A DNA stretch of 63,897 bases, filler included, from Neolecta irregularis DAH-3 (GCA_001929475.1; 16 parts of 16 records of this genome joined end to end with filler, not necessarily neighbours in it), one strand, 5' to 3'. Positions 41,165 through 54,212 are shown, counted from the whole stretch's first letter. Program-made: numbers and translations. The notes: generated from the letters alone by a model not told the origin.

Positions 41165-42108
41165 TCATCCCAAAGAGACCAATGATTCTATATCCTTGCG
41201 CGCAGATTTCTCGGCTTTCCATGTCTTATACTCAGGCTCAATTTGCGTTTCCTCGTCTCGCTTCTTTCGCAATCTTTCTTCTTGTTCAGATCTCCTTTCG
41301 ACTTCTCCCTTGTACCAAGCGGCAGCAAATAGAAGTGACAATATTAAAACAAGCCCCACTGAACATCAGTTTGAAGACAAGAGCAAGTCCTACGTATTCC
41401 TTTCCGCGTCGTGTCCCATTTATATCCTTCCAGTCTTGTTCGCAAGTCTCCAAGCATGATTGTAAAGCGGTTGTTAAGCTCCTGTATCTTGATATCCATA
41501 GCGTTCTGCCCCCCTCTTGTTTCATTCTTCCGATTGTTGACATCTATGTCAACTTCATGGCGCATATTTGCAAGATCTTCCTTCAACTGGCGCTCAAAAA
41601 GTTCGTATTCCCGCTGTAAAGCCTGGAGATCCTGCTTCAACGCAGCTGTTTCGTTCATTCTGGTAATTTGAGTTTCAGATCGCAGTTCTGACATCGCAGC
41701 TTGGAAAAGATAAACTTCCTGACCGTTAGACTGCTAGTTAATTTTTGTAGTTACATTTTCAAGCTCTCCTCTTAATAGGAACTCCGCTTTAGCAAATTCG
41801 GAACTGTTTACAAGTAAAGCACGTAGAGCTTGCATAATTGCAAAAGACTGACCATACGAGTACTCAGCCTCACCTAAAACCGTAACCAATTTATAGGTAT
41901 CGAAAAGATGCATAGCTGCTGGTTTTGGAGGCTCCTTGGGAAGGCCCGGAAGTTCTGATAGTGTTACCGCAGTAGCATTGTGCATCGACTCGCTTAAAGG
42001 TGGTTCTACTGGCGTGCTCGAGGAAAGTGTACTAGAAAGCCTTATTGACAATATTTGCAGTCGTCTCGGGCACAGGAAACCAAGAAAAGGCTTAGGTGCT
42101 GCTCTCAT
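41165..42108 (-). CDS. Mitochondrial DUF1640 (CCDC90-like) coiled-coil protein
   Basis: Presequence-like N-terminus, HLFDTYKLV, coiled coil, KWDTTRK followed by a TM helix. Confidence 0.85.
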
Positions 42109-42175
42109 CGATAATGCAAATCAAGCATTTTTGGTGGTTAAACCTGTGTCTGAACCATAACCAGACTTGTATGCC

Positions 42176-42768
42176 ATGACCTCTTTAACTGATACTATTC
42201 CAGACGCCATTCCTTCTCTATCGTAGAGGGCTTAAGCAATTGAATTTACTAACTGCGCAGAAAGGAAGATCTTCACCACCTTCTTGATAACACCGATCTT
42301 ATCGATGCTATTCTCCACCAAACAAACACAACTATTCAAAACTTGAAGAAATCATTGTATGATATCTCTGACGCAAACATTGCTGCGGCAGACAAGATCT
42401 TGAGCCGCGAAGTAGAACTACAAGAGCTCCGTGATTCGCTCGAAGTGAAACTGGCGAAAACCCACGATTGTGAACAGAATTGGAAGGTCGCCCAACGAAA
42501 CATGTTTGCGGCCATGAAGGTGTGATGCAATGAAAACAATGCTCACGCCCAGCCATTCTCTACACCTGCTTTATATGGACAACTTCAAGAGGTGCTGGCA
42601 GAGTCAGAGATGTTGTCAGACTCACTTTTAATGAGCTTTCTGGACGCTGGCGACCCTGTGGATCTAGCTCGATTTTCCAAGGATTACAGGGCTATAAGAA
42701 AGACATATCACTTGCGTAAAGAGCGTTTAGCTCGCTGGCAAGAAGGTAGAGTGGGTGATCTACGATAA
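42176..42768 (+). CDS. VPS37: ESCRT-I subunit Vps37 (Mod(r) domain)
   Basis: Spliced product ends PFSTPALYGQL..ESEMLSDS..FL..DYRAIRKTYHLRKERLARW. Confidence 0.8.
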
Positions 42769-42789
42769 CATGCAATCTTGTATCATTCA

Positions 42790-43495
42790 TCATCTCTTCA
42801 AAACACCAAATATTAACCGTGTTTTGGCACAGTACGACGCAATGTGTTCTTGCATCTTCTTCTTCGAATCGTCCTCCAAAGACAAAATCTAGAGTTATTA
42901 ATTTTATCAGTGTCTCGATTTACCTCTTTCTCGAGCACGGTGATTGTTTCTCCTAATGTTGATTGACCATCTGTGTCATTTGAGGTCCCCAGTAACTCTT
43001 CAAGAAAAGTAAAATCAAAAACAAGCTGTAATGCCCCTGTCCGATGAATCCTGTATGGTAATTTGATCTCGCTTGAGTCATCGCGATTGTCGCAGTTAAT
43101 AAGTGCAACGTCAATATTTTCCCGTTCCAATTGATTTGTATCACTTGCATCAACCTTGCATTGTTCTGCCTGCTCATAATTTTCATCCGCTTTGGTTTCT
43201 GATAGCTCTGTATTATTTTCATCGAATTTGGGTTCCTCCAATTCATCATGTCCATCAACTAGTTCTGATTGCTCTGTATTACTTTCAAGTTTAGGTCCCT
43301 CAAATTCATCATTTCCATCAACTAGTTCTGATTGTTCTGTATTATTTCCATCGAATTTGGGTTCGTCCAATTCATCATTTCCATCAACTAGTTCTGATTG
43401 CTCTGTATTCCTTTCAAGGTTAGGTCCCGCTGTATTATTTTCATCGAATTTGGGTTGGTCCAATTCATCATTTCCATCAACTAGTTCTGATTGCT
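42790..43495 (-). CDS. COG1: COG1-like subunit, 3' part, with acidic tandem repeats
   Basis: ALQLVFDFTFL and terminal YCAKTRLIFGVL resemble the COG1 C-terminus. Confidence 0.6.
43195..43495 (-). repeat. Coding minisatellite, 66-bp unit (NTEQSELVDGNDELDEPKFDEN)
   Basis: At least 4 units visible, running into the assembly gap. Confidence 0.9.
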
Positions 43496-45409
43496 NNNNN
43501 NNNNNNNNNNNNNNNNNNNNNNNNNNNNNNNNNNNNNNNTTAATTAATTAANNNNNNNNNNNNNNNNNNNNNNNNNNNNNNNNNNNNNNNNNNNNCATGC
43601 ATTCACCCTGTTGTACATATATCATGGTTAAAATGGAAAACGGAAATGGCAGAAACAGTCAGAATCCTGTGTTCTAACCCGGTAAAAGTCTCAAGAGAAT
43701 ACTCCTAAGATCACTGAAGGGTAGCGTCATTATCCCCGTCCTAGGGTGACAAATTCTCTGTATATATTAGTAACTAGATAGGCCAGTTCAACTAATATTG
43801 CTTAGCAGCAATAAAAGTAACTCTTGATCTACTAGGAACCATGCTCCAAGTATAATCCTCGACTCTTGATGTATCTTTCAGGGAGTTACCAGTGAAATAC
43901 CATAACCAGATACACCTAAGTATCAATAGTCCTTATATATCTACTGTTAAGCTACCACTGAGTATACCCGCAAGTCTTGGATGTATATCAATGAGGGTCT
44001 TTCCTTAGGCACCCTCAATCCCCACAGTAGCTATGACTCTATGAGCGAACTCAACCAAAGATACATGGATGTAAGATTGGGACTTCAAACTCTATAGATG
44101 CAAACCCACTGAGTATACCGGCGAAATTTTATGTGTAACAAATGGAATTTTATTGTGTCCACAGAAAGGTACTCTACTTCCCTTTCATATATCCTGAGGT
44201 CATCCTACCATCAATTTTCGCCAGGAACAACTCAATGTCCTTTTTCCACTAGTGCCATATTAATTTACAAATATTTCCCCAAGTCCATCCTGTCGCGCTA
44301 TATTTTCCTAATTTCCTTCGTATCCGAGTAGGTAAGGTATGACGAACCATACATCGACCTGTAGAGCTCGGCGAGGCAGATCTTTTCGCTGTATACTTAT
44401 GGCACCCGTGATGGACCGTTGCTGTGTTATTCCAGGTTGAAGTTTTCGCATTTTCATTTAAATCCCTGCTGACGACTAATCTATGAGGTAACCTTGACAG
44501 AATGTTGTACATCCAGGTAGAGCTTTCCGAGACTAAACTTCCTGCTGTATTAAGTCCCATATAAATTGTTGCTCGTTCCTGAGTTATTGCAGGTCTGTTG
44601 TGGTATTATTGAACTTAGGCTTCTTCAAGGATAGAGTTATTCCGCAAGATACATAATTCTTGCTCAAGGTACTCCCCTAGGTATTTCCCATCCCTACTGA
44701 GTAGTTTACCACAGTTAGGGTATAGGTCCAGCTGTCCAAATAACTCTCCCCATTACTCCCTCCTCTTTCTCTATCTATTATAAATAATTATATACCTGCC
44801 TTCCTTTAACATATCACAGCAGTATAGTGGCGGAAGACCCCAGAAGGTTCCAGGCCCTGCCAGTATATTCTGTAGCTGCTAATTAGCAGCATTACTGTAT
44901 TATAAGTAGATAGGCTTGCACCACCAGTACCCTTGTCTTATCACAACAGTGCTAACATGCAAGGTAATATAGGTCTTATCACAAGAGTACTGACATGCAA
45001 GATACCCAGTTGATACTGCTAGTATCTTACAACTGTTTCTTTACAATGAAAGAGCAGTAGTTAAACTTTATCCACAANNNNNNNNNNNNNNNNNNNNNNN
45101 NNNNNNNNNNNNNNNNNNNNNTTAATTAATTAANNNNNNNNNNNNNNNNNNNNNNNNNNNNNNNNNNNNNNNNNNNNGATTATTTCCCATCTAAGAACTA
45201 GGTTTGACCCAACAAGGCAACTTCAAATTGTAATCATTGGATTAATGATGTGCCAAGCGTTAGCATTGTGGCTCATTCTTGTAGAAGCAAGGAAGAGAAA
45301 ACCCATCAGATAACCAGAAAATACCACGTATACGAGTTTCTTGCGACAAGCACTGTTACATTGATATGAGCATAAATTGGCACACTTACAAAGGTGGTAG
45401 CCCCCTAGT

Positions 45410-46924
45410 TTACTTGAATAATGAAACTTTATCATGAAGGAAAAATAGTTGGTCCTCTTCATCCCATTTGTCTGCTGATGATGACAAAATCGCATTTTCT
45501 GAAGTCTCCAAACCAGGACTAGGTGAAGCCTCACTACTGGGAAAAGGAAGATTTTCCAAATCATTAGCGTGGTGGGACCTCACCATACTGGAAGAGTCTT
45601 GTGGAGGTACCGATGTATCCTCATTTCTGGAAATAATTTGTGGCTGAAGTTGATCGCTATAACAATCCAGTGAATTGAACGGCGATACAGCCTGAAGTTT
45701 CGCCACAGGGTTTTCGACAAGTCTCGTCGCTTTTGGATGTATATCTGCTGATGGAGCCACTCTAAAATCAATGGGGACTGTGCTTTTTATCCGGTCAAAT
45801 TGGAGAAAGTTTGGGAGATTCTCAAAGGATGTTAAAAGAAGAGAGGTTTCTGCTGTCCCAGAGTCGAAATTGCTATCGCATGAGGGTAATTTGTTTACTC
45901 GAGTTTCAACTGTGGGGACTGGGTTTGTCTTGTCTATTTGGATAATATTCCCAGACATTATTGGTCCTGGAGTACCCTGGTTGTCCGTACTGGGGACAGT
46001 TTCATACTTCGTTGGTGTCGAGGACTTCGTGCTAATGCTTTTCTTGAGCCTCTTCCTGTGTAATATGCCATTGAGGGTATGTTCTTCAGATGTGACAAGT
46101 TGTATCTTTGTTGGTCTCTCTCGTTTTGAGGGTCTAGGCGTAGGGGTGTTACCATTACCAAGGTCATGGGATTCATTCATTTCATGTCTAGGATCGAAGG
46201 TCGAAGAACCCCAAATAGTCTGGTGATTTAGAACTGTCCTGTCTATGGCCGAATGATAAGAAAGAGAAAGAGATGCAGAGGCAGGTATGTCCAAATTGCC
46301 TTTCAACGAAACATCTTCATTTTTTATTGGTCGGTTGTAGTTGGACTTCTTTGGGAGCGGCCTAACAAGAGGCAAAAAGGTTAAATATGCCCATGTTGCG
46401 GGCGATTTGCAAAATGTATTTGGCGTGAGCGCTGCAATGATTTTCAACGCATCCTGTTGAGGTTGTGTAGGATTGATAATCCAGTGCTATAACATCAATA
46501 CGGCTAACACTTTGGACTGATCACCAGGAAATCGAATGATTGTTTCAAATTTTGACGACGAGTTTGGCATGCGCCGTATTGAAGAGATACGAAAGCTTTA
46601 TGGAGCTGTTCACATCCGTCTAGAATAACTGACATGATCTGAAAAGGCTTCCCATAGTCCACTTTCTTGTAAACGTATTCATGTGTAGGACAGAATGGCA
46701 TTCCTTCTGGCGGTGGATCGTTTATGAATTGCGATAGCTCGAATACTCGTTTGTCCACAAATGACTGCCGTTCTTCAAGAGTCTTTGGTGCAGTGTACAA
46801 AGATTTCACAGTATTTTGTTTGATGTAGTCGTTTCCATGTAGCGTTGCAGCAACAGTCCAAATGAATAAAATGCTAGCGTATCAATCGATATCTTGGGGA
46901 AACGTAGTACCTCACAAGAAACAT
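45410..46924 (-). CDS. Secreted orphan protein, tandem copy A (3 exons, about 479 aa)
   Basis: Exons 46924-46911, 46873-46525 and 46486-45410 give MFLVSILFIWTVAA-TLHG..; all junctions GT-AG and in frame. Confidence 0.75.
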
Positions 46925-47323
46925 TTCTAGAGGGAGAGTTTGATATTCCAACAAGTATGTAGTAGCCTTTCTCACTTGACTTGAAATTCTTTTTTTTCAT
47001 GTCTTTGGCGTTCAGACAGTCCAAGCCATCCAAATCAAAACTTGGGATTGAGCTTGTAGCACAAAGGTTAGAGTTGTGAAGTTTCTGTAACACTGACATT
47101 AGATAGCTTGGATAAAAGCAAAAAGATCTTAGGTTTTTGGCTTGAAGGGGCAGAGCATATCCTCTCCCGCCATAAGGAAGAGCTATGTTTAGTACTAATG
47201 TGTATAAACTAATACAGCCAAATGACTTAAATGGTCAACCAACGGTTATAGAAGTGAAACAAGTGTATTTTTTCGATTGATATGAGCCTAAAGTGACACG
47301 GGCAAAAGTGGTAACCTCCTAAT

Positions 47324-48743
47324 TTACTTCAATAATGAAACTTTATCATGAAGGAAATATAGATGTTCCTCTCCATCCCATTTGTCTGCTGATGATGACA
47401 AAATTACACTTTCTGACGTCTCCAAACCAGGACTAGGTGAAGCCTCATTACTGGGAAAAATATCCAAACAACTGGCGTGTTGATGAGAGGCTTGTGGACG
47501 TAACCATGTAACGTCATTTCTAGTAAGACTTTGTAGTTGAAGGTGATCGGTATAATCTTCCAGCGAAATGAATGGCGATGCAGAGTGACGTTTCGCCGGA
47601 GGAATTAGGACATCTCTCATGGCCATTCGAGGTACATTTGATTGTGGAGCCTGACTGAAAACGACGCTGGGGGCTTGGGTTTTTATCTTCGTGAAGGGGG
47701 CCGTGTCTCCGCTGTTTATTCCGATGATATCTCCAGACCCTATTGGTCTTGGAGTGCTCTGATTATCTATAGTAAGGTCAATCTCATATTTCTCTAGCAC
47801 TGTCGAGGGCATTGTGTTGAAGCTCTGCTTCAGCCTCTTCCACAACATCTCATTCAGTGTCCGTTCGTCAGACATGACAGGCTGTACGGCTCTTGGTCTC
47901 CCTCTTTTTGAGGGTCTGGACGCGGGGGCGTTAGCAGGACCAAGGTCATGGACCACCTTCATTTCATGTGCAGGATCAAAAGTCGAAGACGCTCCAAGAG
48001 TCGTTGGTGATTGTTGGCCGAGACGAACAGAAGTTTGAGGAGTCTCCAAAGAGTGAGAAATAAACTCATTGATGGGTATGTTCAAATTGTCTTTGGGCGT
48101 AAAAAGGTTCCATCGTTCAAAATTCTCGTATTTCAAATTCTCGTGTTCCAATTTCTGGGTGTTGAATGCATTTGGAAACGGCCTAACAATAGGCAAAAAA
48201 CTTTGTTCCGCCCATTTGAATGGTGAATCCAAAGATGGTGAAAGTGCTTCAATGATTTTCAACGCTTCATTTCGATATTTGTTGAGACTTTTACCCAAGA
48301 ACTAGAACATCAAAATTGGTGTCACCACTGGACTGATCACCAGGAGTTGTAACGAGTCTCTCAACTTTTGACGGCGGTCTTGAAGTGCGCGGTAGCGATT
48401 AGATTTTGCACCTCTTTTGAGTTGTTCACATCCATCTAGAATAATTGAAATTATCTTATAAGACGCCCCATAACCACTCTTGTTCTTGAATTCATTTGTT
48501 TGACATAATGGCATTCCTTCTGGCGGTGGGTTTTTTATGAATTGCGATAGCTCGAATACTCGTTTGTCCACAAATGATTGTCTATCTTCAAGAGTCTTTG
48601 GTGCAGTGTACAACGATTGCGCTTGTGATGTATTTTGTTCGATGGTGACTTTTCCAGGTAGTGTTGCAGCAACGGTCCAAATTAATAAAATGCTAGTGTA
48701 TCAATCGACATCTTGAGGGAACGTAGTACCTCACAAGAAACAT
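47324..48743 (-). CDS. Secreted orphan protein, tandem copy B (3 exons)
   Basis: Same intron positions; MFLVSILLIWTVAA-TLPG..; shares YTAPKTLE.RQSFVDKRVFELSQFI and EASPSPGLETSE..SSSADKWD with copy A. Confidence 0.75.
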
Positions 48744-49058
48744 TTCCAGAGGGACAGTTTGATATTCTAACAAGTATGCGGTCTTTCTCACTTGACTTAA
48801 ATCCTTTTTTTCCATGTCTTTGAAGTTCAGAGCCGGTTCCAGCCATCCAAATCAAAACATGAGATTGAGTTTGTAGTACACAGGTCAGAGTTGTGAAGTT
48901 TACGTAACACTGACATTGGATAGCTTGGATAAAAGAAATTAGCTCTTTGGCTTGGAGGGACAGAGCATATGCGGCCCTCAACGAGGAGCGGGTACAGTGT
49001 GTTGCGAGGAAGGTGCAATATTGCCTTTCTCTTAAGTTCCAGTTTCACTCAGGGTGAA

Positions 49059-49487
49059 TGTAAGTGGTAGGGGTGGGGTTGGGTGGGGTGTCCTCGGAGC
49101 GCTGGTCTCACTTTTCCTGCGATAGATTTAGCGCTGTGCGACCATCTTTAAGGACCCTACTGCGCTTGTGAGCCAATACCATCTCCTTGCTCTGCTACTA
49201 GTTCAGTCTATGTCTTCAGATAGCACTATGGGTTTCTATTTGAGGCATCTAGAGATGACCTGAATTCCCCGTGTCCGCCTCACCTGTCATTCACCGGTCT
49301 CCGTTCTCTAGTTTCTCCTCGACCCCGGACCTGTAGGGAACCTTGCTGGCGACGGCTAGAAAAGGCGCTCGGTTTCTCGCTTGTTAGATAACCAACTGTA
49401 AGCCTATTTTCTGTACACGATCTCTGATCCAGAAGCACTATACCTCCACCCTCACCGAATCAATCACTGCCAAGCCTGTGTGTTACA
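49059..49487. mobile_element. Possible solo LTR
   Basis: Begins TGTAA and ends TTACA; non-coding; no clear target-site duplication. Confidence 0.25.
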
Positions 49488-49879
49488 AACACTCCTTGTA
49501 GAACCAATTCAGCCACATGACTTATACCGGTCAACTAAGGATTATACAAGAGATTCCTTAAATATCTTCCCCAAGAGTATTCGTATCATTCTGTGTTACA
49601 ACACCACGCGGGGTTCATGGCAAATTGCTAATTTGACCTCGATGTTCTCAGGCTGGAAGATTGTCGGGACTCTGTATTTAGAGCAGTGGTAATGCAATGC
49701 ATCGTGCAATTCTCCGTGGCGGGAGACAGCCAGGAAAGAAGTTCGCTTGTTCCAACTATACATCCAGACAAAGTTGTACGTGTGTCGTAGATCGCCGAAG
49801 ATGTCCTGATGTATCGCCAGCGCCGGTCCTTGTTTGATTTCCACACGCCGGGTTGGCGCCGGCGGCACGTGGAATAGGC

Positions 49880-50979
49880 ATGAACAGCGAACCGCCGCCG
49901 CTGGGATTGACACAGGTGGCCGTCGCGGCATCGCTGCTGGTGGCGACTTGTGTGCTGTCTCTTCTGATCGGCGCCGATATCGAAGTCGGGCTGGCTGTGG
50001 CCGGGCTGCGGTGCACAGTGCAGCTGGCTGTGCTTGTGCGGCTGTCTTGTCTGTGAATCGCCTGCTGATTGGCGCAGGGTGCTGTACTCGACCGCGTCTT
50101 TGCTGCTCAAAGTCCGTTTGTCGCTGCCGGTCTTCTCGCGGTGATGCTGCTTGCGGGAGCGGCCCAGGTTGTGTTTGTCCGGGCGGCCGTGCGCCACTCC
50201 GCTATGGTGCGCCTCGCCCGCGCGCCACACCCGCAACTCACCACCAGTTCCTGTCGGTGCTGCTCGCGCTCACGGTCGCAACTGTTGCGGTCTCCCTTTT
50301 GACGACTGCGTTTTGCCTGAACGCGCGGCCTGCATGGACTCCCCGGGCGCTTGTGCCTGTTGCAGGCATGGTTCTGGGAAACGCGATCTCCGGGGTGTCG
50401 ATTGCGCTCGACGCCTCGCTGCGCCTGTTCACGTACGTGCACCGCCACCACCGCGCCCTCGCTTACGCCAAGCGAGCACCAGGCGCGCCTACAGGTGTAT
50501 CTCGCCTTTGGCGCGACGCGCTGGGAGCTGGGCCGCGATCTGCTGCTGAAGCCCGCGGTCCGCCTCGCGCTCACGCCCATTGTCACGCAGATGAGGTCTC
50601 TCCGCCACCTGCGCGCTGCTGACCCCGCAGCATAATGGGCCTCGTCGCAATCCCCGGCACGCTCACCGGGTCGCTCCTCATCGGCGGCCAGGTCGCCCAG
50701 GCCATCAAGTACCAGCAGATCCTCATGTTTGTCCTCTCCGCCTCCACCGCCATCAGCGTCATTCTCGCAGTGCTGCTCGCCCTCGTGGTCTGCATCGACT
50801 CAAACCACCAGCTCCGGCTAGATCGCATCCACTCCTTCTCCCTGTGGCAAACAATCTGCCAGCTCAGAAAACACAACCGCCTGCGCCAGGCTTCAGACCC
50901 AGAAGCCGTTGCGCTGCTTCGCACCGAATCGCGCTCTCCAAAGAGATCAAAAAGGAAAAGATCTTCTATAGCCGCATAG
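49880..50979 (+). CDS. UPF0014 (FetB/YbbM, STAR2/ALS3-like) membrane permease
   Basis: LRCTVQL, PVAGMVLGNAISG, LAFGATRWE, MGLVAIPGTLTGSLLIG..AIKYQ; GC-rich, multi-intron. Confidence 0.88.
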
Positions 50980-51822
50980 TATTCATATATTGACCCCCTC
51001 TACCCCCACTTAAATTTCGCCATACCTCCTCCGAGTCCCGTGACATATTTCACATGTGTACACACCCTGGCACCGGTGCCCCGCACCGCAAACTACCATG
51101 ACTCCCCCAACGGTTCAAGGCTCACTGACGTCGACACCGACTAAAGCAGCCTGACGGTGGCAAGCAGTACCACCGAGCTAAGTCAGGACTTTCACAAACT
51201 TCGCCACCCCCGACGTATGCAGGGAGGCAAACAGAGTTGAGGAAGCGCAGGTGCCAGTTCTTCTATAAGTAGGGTCTGGCTTGATTAGCAAACCAGGCCA
51301 ACCCGGAGCCAGAATATACGTAGTTGCCTTTATTTCCTGAATCGCGATCGTTTATTTCCAGCAAAGCCTGCTGAGCGGCAAGTCCGGACACCCAACGCTC
51401 ACATGAATGAACGAAAAAGTTTCTAAATATAAATGCGATAGGTGGGATGAAGGCGCAATGAGATACAGTCAAACCTGGATATAACGAATGTGGTTTGGCA
51501 GCGTTTTCAGTTCGTTATAAGGAGTATTCGTCGTATGGAGATAGGCAAATAGAAAATAAACAAGATCCAAGCAAATCCAAACCAAATGAATCAGAGAGAA
51601 AAATAACTTATTGAATAACAATGTGTTTTCTCTTATTTTGGAATGATAGATAGAATGAATTAGCAAATGACAAAGACGAAGGAGGAACTTGGTATTTGGT
51701 GATAATAGTGGAAGGCGAGCAGCTGTAATGTGGAATATAACGTCAATAATTTACAACCCAATCTTTTATCTTGCAAATCAAAAGACTCGAGGGGCCAACG
51801 ACAACGGATAACGGAGATGATA

Positions 51823-52154
51823 TCAGGGATTCCACAGGCGGTACTTTACATCGCCACAGAGGAGGGATGGAGTCTCTACATGTTTTGGCAGGCTGCGGCT
51901 TGTTGATGGGGCGAGGGAATCTTTCTTGCAGAAGGAGATGCCGCGGCCGCAGACGCGCTCTACTGACTCTGCGAGGGGATCGCGGAAGAGACGGATGGAC
52001 GCGAGTTCTCTGGCGATGCGGTCGATGTCTTTGGCCATGCGCGGATGCGGGACGATGGGATGCGGGTTGGCGTTGTGTGAGTAGCCGCTGGCCTGGCGCT
52101 GCAGCCATATTTTCTGCTGGGTGCGATTTGGGCCGTGCGACGACAGCGGCGGCG
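51823..52154 (-). CDS. TCO89-like TORC1 subunit, 3' part
   Basis: NRTQQKIWLQRQAS..IARELASIRLFRDPLAESVERV. Confidence 0.7.
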
Positions 52155-52483
52155 NNNNNNNNNNNNNNNNNNNNNNNNNNNNNNNNNNNNNNNNNNNNTT
52201 AATTAATTAANNNNNNNNNNNNNNNNNNNNNNNNNNNNNNNNNNNNNNNNNNNNCAGGCCTCCAGTATGACCTCGCAATGATGCAGTTCCTCAAGCCGAG
52301 CACCATATCGAACAAGTCCACTATTCCAACTGGGTAGGACATATTAAGATTCAGCCTCAAATAGAATATTTCAACTGCAATTCCGCACTCAGAAGCATTT
52401 GGTTTGAAGAGTCAGCCATTTTGCTAAAATATTTTTTAAGGGTGACATGCCCGCCCTAAATCTTTTTCAATTTGTCGCGAACC

Positions 52484-52718
52484 ATGTTGTTGATCTTTTT
52501 GTTCATCGCCTTGTGTGGAAGGCTTTCCTTTGCAGAGCATACATATCTTGACAAATTTGTTATGGATCCTGCCAGCAGAACGGCCACCCTGTTGGGGACA
52601 GCCTCAAATGAATATTCCAACTGCAATGCCTGCATTCAGAAGCATTTGGTTTCAAGAAGAGTCAGCCATTTGCTCTTTTCGTCGTGATCACTTTCCGGGC
52701 CAGGACATATCATATTAA
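52484..52718 (+). pseudogene. Degenerate copy of the PAN-header secreted family
   Basis: Signal peptide MLLIFLFIALCGRLSFA, then frameshifted remnant MPAFRSIWFQEESAICSF and an early stop. Confidence 0.6.
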
Positions 52719-52868
52719 GATTCAGCCTCAAATGAATATTTCAACTGCAATGCCCGCATTCAGAAGCATTTGGTTTGAAGAAGAGTCAGCCATTTGCTCT
52801 TTTTGTATTGTAAAATATTATTTAATCGCGAGGTGCCCGCCCTAAATCTTTTCAATTTATCACAAACC

Positions 52869-53366
52869 ATGTTGTCGATATTTTTGTTCATCGCCTTGTG
52901 TGGAAAGCTTTCCTTTGCAACCTCGTATCACGCTCAATCCAAATCCGTCAAATTGTATCTTGATAAATTTGATAAGGATTCGATGAAACCCCACGTTATG
53001 GATGTCCGTTTGTTGCAACCGTATGATATTTTCACTGGCCCGTTCGGTTGCCGTATGGAGAGAGAATGTGTTGCACTCTGCTTCAAGGACCCTTCATGTG
53101 GTTCTTGCCTTGTGGGAATTGTTACATCGCTGGAATATCCTAATGAGTGCTACCTATTTAATGAAGGATCAGTTGTGAACCTTACCCAAATCTATGAGCC
53201 TTTGAGTTTCTTTGATAAATCAGCTCTCCAAGCGAATGCATACTACAGGAAAAAAGTTGGGGTTAGTTGGGATTTAAAAAAAGTCATTTGATGTTTTTAG
53301 GCGCATATGAAATTCGGAAAGACTCATTCGCGATTTGAGGATATTAATATCATTACTCAACGCTAA
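52869..53366 (+). CDS. Secreted PAN/apple-like protein, short or truncated member
   Basis: MLSIFLFIALCGKLSFA; CVALCFKDPSCGSC..ECYLF; intron ending at 53300, then only 21 codons before the stop. Confidence 0.65.
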
Positions 53367-53383
53367 TGCCACACATGAAGGAT

Positions 53384-53590
53384 GTGTGGCACCGCTGATG
53401 AGATATTGACCGCCACACGAAATTTCATCACAAAGTCCCCCTAATCACTCACCCGTCCCTTTCACTCCTTGACCAGATCCAGGATGATGATGGCGGGTAT
53501 TTCCCTTTTGTATTTCAATTAAACTATCTATCTCTGTTTCCGGGGAGGTTGGTAAACTGCTGTGCAGCTTGCTGCCGCTCCCGGGTTTAT
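53384..53590 (+). repeat. Dispersed repeat, copy 2
   Basis: Homologous to 34515-34745. Confidence 0.85.
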
Positions 53591-54212
53591 TTCTTTGTCT
53601 CTTCTAATTCCGTTTATTTCACCTTTTCTCTTTCTACTATTTCCATAGGATACCAGCCTGCTTCTGGCAGCTATAATTAAGGGCTGGTATCATCTCTGTT
53701 AGTCAGCCAACTGTATACTCTATTTCTCTGCTTCTAAGTCTTGATTTTCACTTTGAGCAAATGGCAATCAATTCACGGTTGAACAACCAACCAACGGATT
53801 CAAACAGAACTAGCACTATCGGGGTCGGAATTTAAAGGCATACCTCATGGTCTGCCAATAAATTCAATGCGAGAAAGTCAAAGGCGGACCTTTGAGGAAG
53901 CATCACATGTAAGCGCTGTATTCAAAACACATCACAGGCAACTGTAGTTACCACTGGCGGATGCGCCGGCTTTCTAACGGAACCAAAGTCGTTGAGATTG
54001 GAGCACTCTCCAGGTGGGTGCTTTGGATCTTGGTGACGGCAGTTGACATAAAAATGCATTCGCCCACCCGCCTGCCGGAGTCTCCCCGGCGGGCGGGCGG
54101 TTCAGATTTCTCNNNNNNNNNNNNNNNNNNNNNNNNNNNNNNNNNNNNNNNNNNNNTTAATTAATTAANNNNNNNNNNNNNNNNNNNNNNNNNNNNNNNN
54201 NNNNNNNNNNNN

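Noticed and set aside
41050..41619. 189-aa plus-strand ORF and similar antisense ORFs over SEC18, LTE1 and the GC-rich genes
   Set aside because: Shadow ORFs opposite well-supported genes
46806..47099. ORF-track proteins 46806-47099, 48682-48981 and 48827-49048 as frameshifted pseudogenes
   Set aside because: They are conserved upstream/UTR and intron sequence read in the wrong frame; the real genes start at 46924 and 48743
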